Assembly (NCBI GenBank): GCA_003427395.1
Contig: BFEA01000001.1
Coordinates: 2,155,480-2,219,479, forward strand
From: Chara braunii
Lineage: Eukaryota > Plantae > Charophyceae
Direction: 5' to 3'
Length of the DNA stretch: 64,000 nt
Below are positions 38,140-51,609 of this stretch, one piece after another (within the stretch, counting starts at the first letter, position 1; each line of letters starts with the position of its first letter). The notes under the pieces were generated by a model that made no database searches, was not told where the DNA came from, and was given only the letters and a program-made list of their open reading frames with translations. Position numbers and translations under genes: made by a program.

Positions 38140-38900
38140 TTTTCCCACTTCAAAGTAATTCGCCACTTTGCATTTTGATTTTCCATGCATGCAAGTGAGT
38201 TTCATTCACTCTCCCTTCACTTTTTGATGATCTTTCCACTTGGGTGTAAATCGCAATCCTATTTCTTGCTCTTCTTAGTTTTGATGCCATCATGTGCTCA
38301 TGATTTGTCCATTTTCTCACTTCAAAGTATTCTGCCACTTTGCATTTTGATTTTTTGTGCATGAGAGTGAGTCCCCCTTCACTTTGTGATGATCTTTCCT
38401 CTTGGGTGTAAATCGCAATCCTATTTCTTGCTCTTCTCAGTGTTGATGTCATCATGTGCTCCTGGTTTGTCCATTTTCCCACTTTAGAGTATTTCGCCAC
38501 TTTGCATTTTGAGTTCCCACTCTCCCTTCACTTTTTGGTCTTCTTCTCACAGAGGTATGAATCACAACTCCTTTTCTTGCTCTTCTCAGTGTTGATATCA
38601 TCATATTTCCCACTGCACAACATTTTGCCACTTTGTTGTTTGTGTTTCCAAGCTTGGGAGTGAGTTTCACTCACTCTCCCTTCACTTTTTGGCCATCCTC
38701 TCACTTGGGTGTGAACCGCAACTTCTTTCCTTGCTCTTCTCAATGTAGATGTCATCATGTGCTGATACTTTGTCCATTTTTCCACCCCAAAGTATTCCGC
38801 CACTTTTCCCTAGGTTGGGAGTGAGTTTCACTCACTCTCCCTCCATGCTTAGTCAATCTTTTTCACTTGGATGTAAAGTGCAACTTTAATTCTTGTCCAT
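38140..38900. repeat. Diverged tandem array, ~130-172-bp units, about 5 copies
   Basis: Recurring GCCACTTTGCATTTTGA, CACTCTCCCTTCACTTTTT and CTTGCTCTTCTCAGTGTTGAT motifs. Confidence 0.85.
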
Positions 38901-39596
38901 TTTGTTGACATGGCCGCATGTACATAGTAGATACTGTGTATCTGTGGCAGCTCACCTGCCATGTGCTCTATTTGAATGACTTATTAATCCCCCCGTGCTT
39001 TGTTTGCTTCACCCCCACCCTGTGCTCTATTTGAACACGATAAGAAAGGGGAGTAGGTAGGGGACTGTGGCTGCTGCTGCTGCTGCAGATGATGATGATG
39101 ATAAGAGGTTGTTGTTGTTGCTGCTGATGCCTGGCCAAGCCCTTGCCGCTGCCGCTGCTGCTACTGAGAAAACCGCTGTCCAAATCTTGGGGCAAAGGTT
39201 GGGTCAAAATAGCCAACGGGCCGGTACAGCCCGGGCTGTTGAAAACCAACTTCGCTAATCAAAGGATATGGGGGCTGAGACTGAACAGGCCCCATATCCT
39301 AGGCACATATGGATGACTTGCAAAACCGCCAGGCCATCTGAGTCCATTATCCTGCAAAAACGAAAAATGGACTTCCTCGAACTGTTCACGTAGAGCCTCG
39401 GGCGGTGCCCGAAACAGGCAGATGCCCGAAACAGGCAAATAGGAGCAAACGGCGATGGAATCCGGTCAAACTTTAGGGAGGTTTTCAGTAGGGTACAGGC
39501 AGAAGGCCCATGAAGTTACATGGACATCTGACGTTGTTTGGGTCACCAAACGCAAATCTGTGTTTTTCGGCTCTCTCTCCCTTAGCGAAATTGGCA

Positions 39597-39800
39597 AAAA
39601 CTGAAAAATTGCAAATCTGGGTTTTTCGCAGTCCAAGTTTTTTTTGAAAAATTGCAAATCTGGGTTTTTCGCAGTCCAAGTTTTTTTTTGAAAAATTGCA
39701 AATCTGGGTTTTTTGCAGTCTGAGTTTTTTTTGCAGGTCTGGATTTTGCAAAGTCTGAATGTCAGTTGCAAGTCTGCATTTTGCAAATCTGAGTTTTTCT
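39597..39800. repeat. ~43-bp tandem repeat with shorter subunits
   Basis: TGAAAAATTGCAAATCTGGGTTTTT.GCAGTC x3. Confidence 0.85.
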
Positions 39801-39852
39801 GGTGGTTTGGACGTTGAGACCACGCAAGTAGGTAGGAACTAGAAGCTTAGGG

Positions 39853-40370
39853 TCCACCATAGCCAAGCACCCTCACCCCTTCTTCTTCATCCACCTCCTT
39901 CACCCATCCACCATAGCCAAGTACCTTCACACCTTCTTCCATCTTCACCTCCTTCACCCATCCACCATAGCCAAGTACCTCAACACCTTCTCATCTCCAC
40001 CTCCTTCACCCATCCGCCATAGCGAAGTACCTTCACACCTTTTTCCTCCTCCACCTCCTTCACCCATCCACCATAGCCAAGTACCTTCACACCTTCTTCC
40101 ACCTCCACCTTCTCTACCCATCCACCTTTGCTAAGTACCTTGACACCTTCTTCCACCTCCACCTCCTTCACCCATCCACCATACCCATATACCTCCACAA
40201 CTTCTCCTACCTCCACCTCCTTCACCCATCCACCATAGCCAAGTACCTCCACACCTTCTCCCACCTCCACCTCCTTCACCCATCCACCATAGCCAAGCAC
40301 CTTCACACCTTCTTCCATCTCCGCCTCCTTCACCCGCCCACCATAGCCAAGAACCTTCGCACCTTCTTTC
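39853..40370. repeat. 54-bp minisatellite, ~9-10 copies
   Basis: Unit CCACCATAGCCAAGTACCTTCACACCTTCTTCCACCTCCACCTCCTTCACCCAT; reads as KVLGYGGWVKEVEVEEGV on the minus strand. Confidence 0.9.
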
Positions 40371-40487
40371 TCCCCGTCCGTTACTAACCAATGTCGCAAC
40401 CAAGGCATATAGGGCAGCAAGTCGGTGAAGGAGTCATAGGTAGGATGGTAGGACGAGTAGGGGGCAAGTCTGATTAGGCTTAAGGGG

Positions 40488-41010
<523 letters not shown>

Positions 41011-41566
41011 TCCTCCTCCTCCTTCTTGACCTCCAAAACTATCTCTTCCTTCTCTTCCGAATCTCAAGGTCAACCCTTACCATCTCTCCCGTTTCCCCTT
41101 GGCATGCAACTAACCCTTCCCCCACTCACTTCTTACATTGGCAGGGTACGGACGGTGAAAGAACTTTGAATCTCACTTGGTGGAAGAAGAGGGCAAGGTG
41201 AGGGCTGTCGGCCCCTTGTCCCACCAAGGAGATAAGTAAGAGGAGAGCTTAACAGGCTTGACGGTTGACAAAGTCTGAGAAGGGCTAGAAAGAGTTGCTA
41301 CGTAAAAGAGAGGTTAGTTGACTCAACCAGAACCCTGACTGCATGGCTAAGAGAAGAGGATGGCTTGGATGAAGGAAGGAAATGAAAAGGGAAAGATCCT
41401 AAGGACATGGAGATTAGGCATGTGGGAGGGGCCATGTGTTGATCCCAAATGGGGTTGTATCTGTTTTGCATTGTGATTGAATGTGCAGGTGAGTAGATTT
41501 AAGGTGCCTTAAACTGGACTGCACCCGGATAAGTCGGGTGGCAAAGGAAAAGGGGGATGGGGACTT

Positions 41567-42185
41567 AGCGGTTGTCAACGTAACCCTTGCTTATGAATGG
41601 GACCTCGTGTGTATGCAGCCCAAGTATGGATGAAATGGAAAAGAAAGGGATGGTGTGTCTAGTTGAGGTTTGCCAAAGAGTAGGACGGTCGATGAGGCCG
41701 CCAAGTCTTATGAGCATGTGGGTGGGAACCCCGAAAAGACTAAGGGGCGCTTAGGGAAGAAACAAACATGATGTAAGATGTGTGACTCAATGAGTGTTAG
41801 TGCGTAAGCTGGCTAAGAGGGAGTCTCCCTACCTCGATGAAGCCGTAGGAGCTTTGTGATAGTGAATGGATGGAGACTAAGCGGTTGTAAACGTAACCTT
41901 TGCTTATGAATGAGACCTCGTGTGCATGCAGCCCAAGTATGGATGAAATGGAAAAGAACGGGATGGTGTGTCTAGTTGAGGTTTGCCAACGAGTCAGACG
42001 GTCGATGCGGCCGCCAAGTCTTATGAGCATGTGGGTGGGAACCTCGAAACGACTAAGGGGCGCTAAGGGAAGAAACAAACATGATGAATGATGTGTGACA
42101 CAATGAGTGCTAGTGCGTAAGCTGGCTAAGAGGGAGTCCCCCTACCTCGACGAAGCCGTAGGAGCTTTGCGATAGTGAATGGATG
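41567..42185. repeat. ~313-bp tandem duplication
   Basis: AGCGGTTGT.AACGTAACC.TTGCTTATGAATG at 41567 and 41880. Confidence 0.9.
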
Positions 42186-44169
42186 TGTGGCCCAATTAAG
42201 ACGCTTGGCCTGCGCATAAAAGAAGAGTAGTCTCAAAGAACTCCCCGGACTGCCTGCGTATTGGAAGGAGCAATTGCATGAGAACACAACAAAGCATCGA
42301 GGAATCGACACCTTTCGAGTGAACAGCGAAATTGCCCCTCAAGCGGGAAAGTTGAGCTACATCCCCAATGTCAAAGCTCTCTCGCTCAATGGCCAATCCC
42401 CATCCATCTCAAAGCACTAGGTGGGGATGACCCTGTGACGAATGGCTCCGCTCCCTGAGCATGAGTGTGGGTGGAGCCGAGCCAACTGGGACCCGCAAAG
42501 GGGTCGACTCATGATCAAAAGTCTAATAGGGTGAGGCCCTAAAAAATTGGTGGAGGTGACGGGCATAGGGTTAAACTAACCCTTGCCACCCCAGAGGGGG
42601 CGCCCGACGCATGACCGCTTACATAACCAAAGATAAAAAATATGGACTTGAAGCTTGCTCTTCCCCTTGAGAGAATCAAATTTGAGGGTGGCTGGGTGCA
42701 TGGCATGGATAGGGCTGGAGGAATAACGTGCATGCTTGCACTTACGATCAGCTCACTCCTTTTTGGTGGAGTAGCTCTAGCCCCCCTACTTCCGGCAATG
42801 GTGTTCTCCGATTCCGGGGACGCATGTGGCAAGTCGCAGGTCGACCCTTCCTCTTCGTTTGAAAGAAGGGCTCCGGTTACCTGGCAGGCGGTTGGTGTTT
42901 CGGCTTCGACCGGGGTCCAATAAAAATCCCACGGCAGAGTGATCCGACCGGATGGGTATCTTCCTATATACTTTTTCTGGGCCCAGCGGGCCCCTTGCAC
43001 TAAAACATTTTGAAATGCTTGAAGGAACCAACATAAATACAACGGTCATCTAAAAGGAGCAATCCTGCCCTATGAACCGACAGACAAAGGAAGAGAATGG
43101 GAATGAAGGGAGTTGCTAGACTCCAAGAAAAACTAGCTCACACTTGAAGATGCTCACGAGAAGGAACCAACCACCGTGTATGGAAAGTACGGGGAGTAAC
43201 ACACACTGCCCTGAAAGAGAATGCAAGGCATGGGTAGGATGCGTTGGATGCACTAAGGGAAAGGCACTTGTTTATTAGTGTCCCACTTAGGACTTGTGAA
43301 TGCATGAGGGGAAACTGAGCGTCCTGCCTACGGAAAGGAGGGAAGGAAGTATGGGCGAGCTGGGGCGGGATGCGAAACGTTTTTTTGCATAGGTACCCTT
43401 TTGACTCATGTGCAGCTCGTTGGTCCACCGAGCTGTTGGCAGGAGTTGGTCTTGCCGGGTTGACTAGTAGCATTCTTGCCAAGGCGGACCAAGCAAGGCT
43501 CGACACCTTGCTCGACGGGGTGCGAAACGTCACCTCGGATGAGGCGGCTGTTTGTAAGCAGACAAAGGTAAGACCACTGCATGTGGGCCAAGGAGGGCGC
43601 CTTTGGGGACGACTAGTAGCTTCTCAAAGTACGGCATGGGAAAGACAAATTCCTAACGCACCAAAGGATGTGAATGCCCGGACAACTAACCTTTACTCCT
43701 ACCAGCGGTACGCGGGATGATTCCCAGTAATGACGGGGGTGTACAAGGGCGCCAAGAAGGGATGGGGTACTCTGGGCAAACGGAGAGGGGTGATACCCTG
43801 TGTCGAAGTTGAGGTACCGCGCTCACGATGGTTGATCTGCGCGTGAGGTATGGGATATAACTTTGTCGAAAGTAATAGACGAGAGACATACTGGGAAAAA
43901 GGCCGGTGAGGAGATGACCGACCTGCATGTGAGATTGCCTGCATTTTCCTTTTGTAATCCTCCTCTGTAAAGTTTGGTTGAGATACGAGCTGTTGGGAAG
44001 GGCCATGATTCTAGTCTATTTTCACCCCCCCCCCCCCCCCCCGTCTAAGTCCACACGAGTGAGTGAAGATCGTGAGGAAGGAGATAGAGGTAAACTTTGA
44101 ATGGAACCAAGAAAACGAATATGGGTGAAGGGGGACCGATCAAGGGTATCCGAGGAATGCGGAGCTTGG

Positions 44170-46860
44170 GAATTGGGTAGGTAGATTATGCCAGACCTTG
44201 ATGAGGGGTCTGAAATAATTCTCATCTAGGGTATAGACTGACCGAACCTAAGGATTGGGGTTGGTGCTTGGTTGTGAAAAACATGGATCGGGTGCTGGAA
44301 CCAAGATGGGGCGGTGACTATCGTCTCCAATGTATTCCAGTGGACCGGAAATGCCAGTAAACGTAAGGGACGGGGTATCCGTCGTTCTGCCTAAAGAGGG
44401 AACCTGGACGGATCTAGAGCCAGCATATCAGACTGTGATGTTAGGCGAAGGGGATGCCTTCCTTTGGATAGAGACTCTATGGACCGAGGTCAGCCTGACG
44501 CGGCTGACACCAAGCCTAACTGATCTGGAATTATGAGGGACGGTGGAAGCTCGGGGGTGGATCTACCTATCCTAGGAAGGGGAGAACGCGATGGTTGTGG
44601 ACTTGGCGTTGGGGATAGTCCTGGTTTTCGTTGCGGGTCATATGGAAGGAAACTTGACCCAGCCAAAACCGACAAGATTTCCCAGTGAGCAACACCCCTG
44701 CGCACCACGACAGAGGTAATGCTTTCCTAGGGGTCATAGGATTCTGGAGGATTTTTATCAAGCGCTTCGCCAAGATAGCGGAACCCATCCGGGCCATGAT
44801 TCGCGAAGAGGGCGAGCGAGAGGCAGCGGTCCAGGCTCTTAAGGACATATTGACATCGGAGCAGGTTACCCTTGTCGCTCTGTGTTTCAATGATGAGGTA
44901 GGGCAGTCGTTCATACTTGAGACCGATGGGGGACCCCTAGCTGTGGGAGGAGTGTTAATACAGAAAGACGAGGAAGGAAGAGAGAGGCCCATCAGATTCG
45001 AGAGCAGGACGTTGAACTCGGCGGAACGTCGCTACTCTCAGTTCAAGGAGGAGGTACTGGTCATCCTCCATTGCCTCAAAACCTTCCAAGCTTACCTGTT
45101 TGGGAGACGCTTCATTCTGAGGATCAATCCGACGAATGTCGCAGGGGCATTGAAGAACTACAAGCCCATAGACCCTACTGTAGGAAGATGGGTAGGGTTC
45201 ATCTGGCAGTTCGGCTACAAGATCGAGCGCATTGTCGGGCTTAGGAATATGGTTGATGGCCTGAGTTGGGTCTCCATCACGCTGGAAGGAGTGGAGGATG
45301 CGGAACCTATCGATGTTTTCCTCGCCTACGAAGGAGGGACCCTTGTAGTGAACAATGAAGTGGTAGACCAGGCATGTACGACTGGGGAACTGCTGATCAA
45401 AACCGCGGAGAAAGGGGCCCTCACCGTCGTTGCGGAGCTAAGGGAAGGACCAGTTACAAGGAAGAGCCGCAAGGAGGAGAAGGATTCGTGGGGGGACAGT
45501 GCAGGCCCAAAGGAGGAACTCATAGCAATAGCTTTTGAGGGGGGCTGAGAAACCGTTATGAGCCTGGAAGAATCGTGGGAACGAAAGCAGCAGCAGTACC
45601 TAGTGAACCAAACACAGGAGGGGCAAGAGGATCACCAAGACAGGAAGGAGTTCTTCTATGTCCAAATGTACAACGGAATCTTCAGGGAAATCAGACTAAT
45701 GATAGTAGGGAACAAAAAGGCCGAAGAAATCAGTCTGAAAGCAAGAGAGGAAGCTGGAAAGTACATCTTAAGAAATGGGCACCTATTCAAGAGAGAGGAA
45801 GGCCTAATGCCTAGGAGAGAGAATCCAGGCAGTGCACAATGGGTTGGCGAGGGGACACCGCTCCTCAAAAGGGACACTGGGAAAAATGGTGCCACTTTAC
45901 TTTTGGCCTGGGATGGGGAGCATGGTGTCCACGTACCGCTAAACCTGCCTGATATGTTAGGAGCGAAGTACGACTCGCGTATTTGAACCACTGAGACCCA
46001 CGCGAGTATTAGCCCCGGACACTTGGTCTATCTTGACATCACAGTTATGCCAATAACAACAGAAGGATACAAGTATATCCTCGACGCGAGGGACAACCTG
46101 AGTGGGTTTGTGGAGGCTGTAGCCCTCAAGAAGAAAATAGGAAAGGGAGTGGCAAGCTGGATTGAAGATTTCTACTTGAGGCACCCATTCATTAGAAGGT
46201 TCATAGTTGATAATGGGACGAAATTTGTGAACCAGGAAATATTGAGCACCTGCAAAAGACTCCGGGTGCCCATCAAGCTCATTGAGCCATACCATCTGGA
46301 GGCTAACGCACCCGTAGAAAGGGGGCATCAAACACTGAAAAACACAATTGCGAAATTAGCAGCAGGCGATCTTCGGAGAATGTGACTCCGAAGAGGACTA
46401 CATGACGTATCCCAGCCGAGCTATGGTATGGTAGGGAGATTGACTTCCTGATAGAGGCCCTAATACGGACTTGGAATAGGCTGAACGACAACCCGCGATT
46501 AACAACGGAGCAATTGATCGAGGCTCGATGTTAACAGATCATTCAAAACGAGGAGGTGATGGAAGAAGTAGTGAACTGAGTACTGGATAGCAGGATGAAA
46601 TACAAGGCAAGATGGGATCAGCTCAATAATATCGAAAAAGAACCACTTCAAGTGGGGGAAATGGTCCTAGTCAGAAATCTGACACTAGAGAGCACTTGGT
46701 TAGGACAGTTGGGAAGGAGAGTTAAGGGTCCTTACCGGGTGGCCAAGTGTTTGGGGTTGAACACCTTCGAATTGGAAGATCTGGATGAGATTAGACTTTA
46801 AGGGGACCCTTTCCAGGACAACGACTAGTCAGGTTTCATAGTCGAAATCCAGTGGAACAA
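44170..46860 (+). mobile_element. Degenerate Gypsy pol of a different family: protease remnant, RT core deleted, RNaseH, integrase, GPY tail
   Basis: Protease-like LDEGSEIILI at ~44190. RT-RH connection FLGVIGFWRIFIKRFA; RNaseH ETDGGPLAVGGVL..FESRTLNSAERRYSQ. Integrase YLDIT..DNGTKF..PYHLEANAPVERGHQTLK; tail VGEMVLVRN..KGPYRV. Confidence 0.9.
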
Positions 46861-49800
46861 TGGCTACAAGAAGCCTAGGACAAGGAAACTGAGAAGCCGA
46901 CAGACTAAGCACTCGCAGGGATCATATCGGTGGTGTATTTTGTTTTCTTTTGTTTAACTGGGATGGCTATGACTGTGCCTTGGGGGAGGATGCGTGGGGT
47001 GGTTGGCAAGATTGGGAATGGTTGGGGTGATGTGCTATAGTTTTTGCGGGGGATGGATGGGATTTGTACGTCATTACAACAAGATTGTCGCAAGAAGATG
47101 AATCATATGGTATTGTGTGAATGGGGATTGGGGCGAATGATACATTCTTGGGAATGGGGAACTATGGCACCATTAGGGAAGGGGGTTCTTCTCCTTTGCT
47201 TTCCTTGCTGGGAGCTTTTCTCTGCGGGTACGGGTTGTGTATTTTGCTCTTCATCTATGATTGCAGAAACAGGAAAATCTTTGAACCAACATGGAATTCA
47301 ACAATGAGAACGATGTCAACCATGCCATTGTGCCCAGTTAGGACGAATGGCAGAGGCTGGAAGGACAACAGAACAGGCAAAAGCCGAAGATGTTCATAGG
47401 CCCGCAACCAAGAATTGTACTTGGGAAAAGGAAGAGGAAGCCATTTGTAGGAGGCCTTCGCCTCTCAAAGAAGGGGAAAAAAGGGATATTCGACCTGAGG
47501 ATGGAAGTGAGAACGAGGGATGAGCTCGGGAGGAGAAAGAGAGACGAGTGGAGAGGGGAAACAAAATTGGTCTGGTGGGCATGAGGAATGCTATGGGGAT
47601 AGTGGAGAGCACTACAAGATGGATTCAGATATACCATACTGCATGAATCCCGACAACTTTACGGGAGAATACAACCCCATACATGAGGATGAGCATGAAA
47701 GTGAGGAAGAACTGCATAAGGTCATTGAGATCAGTAGTGGGGATGAGACATATGAGATTACTAGGCCAAGAGAAGAAGGGCGGCCAGCACCAGATGACAG
47801 GACCCTCGAAATGGGAGGATGAATTTGGACCAACATGTAGCCACTGGTCTGACCAGTGGGTCAGTGTAATAAGACACGACTGGATCATCAAGGCCAGTAA
47901 AAAGATGAGGACGGGGGAGACCGTTACGCCTCTAGACTTCTTCAATCGGGAAGAATTGAAAGAATTTGTGAGAAAAAGAGAAGAAATTGGGACCTGAGGT
48001 CTGGGAGTTGAGGGACCGATGAGAAAGGACGCGCGACAAGAAGCCGCGTGGCAAAAGGCCAGCCAAAGCAAAAGGGACTACATATGGCAGATGTACAACA
48101 TTGTCTCTAGACAACAAATGTGAAGAAGGTCGTTGAGTATGAGCTCAGTGGAGACTCGGTAGGCTAGCGATGAATGTTCATGGACTACTTTCGGTATGAG
48201 CTACCTTGGGATGTTTAAGGGGAAGGGTTGGTAAGGGACGTTGGTAAGAAACCAATTCGGATGATTGCTTTATGGGAACCTGTGAAAAACAAAGCTTGTA
48301 TTTTGAAAAAGGACTATGGATATGGCTCTTTGTACAAATGAGGCATTGGCTTTCAGTCGAATGCAGGAGAGGTTAGGGAACTGATGGGTAGAGGGGCATG
48401 AAGGTGTTCCTCCCCTAGGAGCCTAATCCAACCAGGTCGGGTCAAGTCTCAAGTGGCAGAAGGCTGAGAGTGAGGAGTGAAAATAAGAGGTTGACCCCAG
48501 ATCCTCGTCTATGGTTGAACAACCGGTTGGACTAGCGCTGCCCGAGGACAAGAGCCTCTGCTCGAGGGCTAGACGCTAAGCCGGGTGTATTCATGAGTTC
48601 ATTGTGGCAGCAAGTTGTAATAGGGGCATGATAAAAGGAATCGCACGCAAAGACTGCATAAGATGACCGCCTCTAACCCTCCTAGTAAGAAACGAGATTC
48701 GTGTCCTCGAGGCCCACCCCCTCGGGCGCTAATAATGAAATAGAATGACCCCTGAAAAGGTTGTTCAACTTGAAATGGAAAAGGGTGGCCCCTGACAAGG
48801 GTCGCCAAGAGATTGGCCTTAAGGTCTCCGACCACAAGGGTGAGGAACCTTAAGAGGAACAAAGAATTGGCCTTAAGGTCTCCTACCACAAGGGTGAGGA
48901 ACCTTGAGAGGAACAGAGAATTGGCATTGGGGTCCCCTTGCATGATTGTCTGAGAAAGATTGAATGAGACTAAGCTGGATTGAGCCATGAGAAAGGAAAT
49001 GGCTGTCGAACCGGTCATGAGAATCAGCATTGCAAAAAAAGATTGAAAGAAATGGATTGGAGAACGGAGAAGGTCGTCGGGGCAGTCGTGAAAAGAAAAG
49101 TCTTGCAGAGAGATTGAAAAAGATGTGGATTGGAGAGGTCGTTGGGACGGTCATAAGAATCAGCCTCGAGGAGAAGATTGGAAGGGATGGAATATGGAGT
49201 GAAAAGGCCATCGGGACGGTTATAAGAAGCAGCCTTGGGGAAAAAATTGGAAAGATAGAATTGACACTTGAGAAAGGATCGATGGGTCGGCCATGAGAGA
49301 TGGGCCGAATAAAGAGGTCGTCGGATCAGTCATGAGAATCAGCCTTGAGAAAGACTTGGAAAATGTACTTGGATTGAGCGTTTGCCTGAGAATTGGAAAT
49401 GCATTGCATATTAGGGGACCCTAGGCACGCGTGAGTCATGATGACCACGTATTGAGTTGCTCAGTTTTTCCTCCACCTTTTTCTAAGTCTCAGACCTTAA
49501 CGGGAGGAGGAATATTGGCGCCAGCGCGGTGACCCCAGGCCCTCTGCTCCATAGGGAAAAGTCTAAGCAGGGCCTGTTTCTCATATGGAGGGGCAAAGGT
49601 TAAAGGATCAAGGTATCGGAAACGATGCTCAACGTCCAGAACCAACTCCGACAATGAGCTCTAGTTGGAAGGTTCGAACCGTGCCTCATGTTGAGTTTCT
49701 AAACGTCCAAGGTGTCCAAGAAGGGACTGAGAGTTGCTCTTCTAAGTCTTTATGACCCTCTCCAACCACAACGCGGCCTCTCCAACCACACGCCGCGTTA

Positions 49801-51609
49801 AGTCAAGTGGCATTGGCCACGGCCGTTTAAGATGGACCAAGGCTACTTGCGTTAAGTCAAGTGGCATTGGCCACGGGGGAGGTCAGGCGAGGTATCGGGT
49901 GGAGTCCGTCACCACAATAGGGCACTGACACCGCCCTACGGGAGCATTGAAACCATTTCGGGACTAATCGCGAGGTCTTCGAAATTGCACTCGCAGACTA
50001 GTAGAGAGCCCCAAATCTCTTGAAAGGAAGAGGTCAGATCCAATAAAACACCACTCGGGAGGAACGATTCGCGAGGAAGCCACTTATGGTAAGACGGGGT
50101 CCTGGGAGGCATGGACTGAACCTACCTGTTAGATGCGAGGTGGTACCTCAATGATGACACCCGTCTCCAGATAAGCGGCAGCCGGCCTAAGCAGGAGGGA
50201 TGGGGTGGGTTATCGACAGGGGAAGGAGTGATCGACCTTCCTTTTTGGGGTTGATGGGTCGGCATTCTCCACTTAGTTGGCAGGCAAGGTCTGCGTACCT
50301 CCGAGTGAGAACCAGTTGCACGATGGGGACATCTGGAGTGGGGGGAAGGCGTGCCATCTACCTTATAAGAAAGTGTGCGAGAAGCAGAATAGACAAAGAA
50401 AAGTTTGGCAAGATGATCCGAGGAATTGTATGAGAATTTGTTTAAGCTTGGGCTTGAGAAAAGTTTGGCAAGACGTCCAAAGGAATTGCATGAGAAATTA
50501 TCTGGGACTCCACATCCGGTACACGCTGGTCCCCCTCATCATCAAGAACCTGGGTCGACTTTGGGACCACGTAGCTCATATCCAAAGAGGCTGATGGGTC
50601 AATCTGCAGAATGTATGCCATGCATCGAGCCATGTCGTCGTTTGCGACACTCCTGAGGTACAACTCCTCGGCAAGGGAAATGTTGCCAGTAGCACCGATC
50701 AAAATCTCAACTCGTCCCTTGCAATAGATATAATTGTATGAAACCTCTAGGAATCGATCTCAGTAAAGTGGCTTCCGAAAAGCCTGCATAGCAAAGTCAG
50801 CTCCAACCACGTGACTATACCCATCCCCAAGATAAGGGACTGGTCCCTTCCCTCTAGAGGGACCGGCTACCTCCTTCGACTTGGGTTCCCCTGACATGTA
50901 ATGCCTTAGTCAATCCGCCTCAAGTAAGTATCGTGCCAAGAGGTAAGCAACCTGTCGTAATGCTGCCTTCCGCCTACGTCTCACACCAACAACTAGTGTC
51001 ATAGGTTGTCCAGAGTCCGCGCCAACCCAAACGTGCTCAATCCCTGTGAGTGTCCCGGTCAAAATAATCCCCCAAGTCGGTGTTGCTCACGCAACAGGGC
51101 TCTTGGTCCGACTCATCTGTAGTGATTGGAATCCCGGACCTAGCCACCTCGCTCCTCTCCCTTCTGTCCTGACGTCTCTTTTCCTTGCTGTCACCCTTGC
51201 TGAGCGGTTTTGGATTACAGTCATCAAAGTTGAACGAGCACCACCAGGCGCAGAGGGGACCTGGGGAAACACTACATGTAGCCAATGTTCTCTCCAATAA
51301 CTCTCCCTGCGGAAAATATAGTTGGGAATCAGGTCATAGGTAGCGCCCTTCACTCCCTGTCCAGCACCTCTCACATGTAGGGGACTCATTTGCCCTGACA
51401 ACCAAAGTCTGATGTCCAGCACAGCCATATCGAAACTTCTCCACGAGCTTGCCCCACCTTGGGGCGGCAGCATATTGATGTGCCAGTGTGGCCAGTCTGC
51501 AAGGTGTGGTATGAACAACCTTCCCAAGTAGCCAGCCAGTCAGTAATGTCCTGATGATAGGGGGATGTCAGCAACTCGATGAATAAACCCGTCTCAGTAG
51601 GGTCTGAAA

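Noticed and set aside
39263-39300. 11-bp perfect hairpin AGGATATGGGG/CCCCATATCCT
   Set aside because: Isolated, with no supporting context to assign a function such as a Helitron end or terminator.
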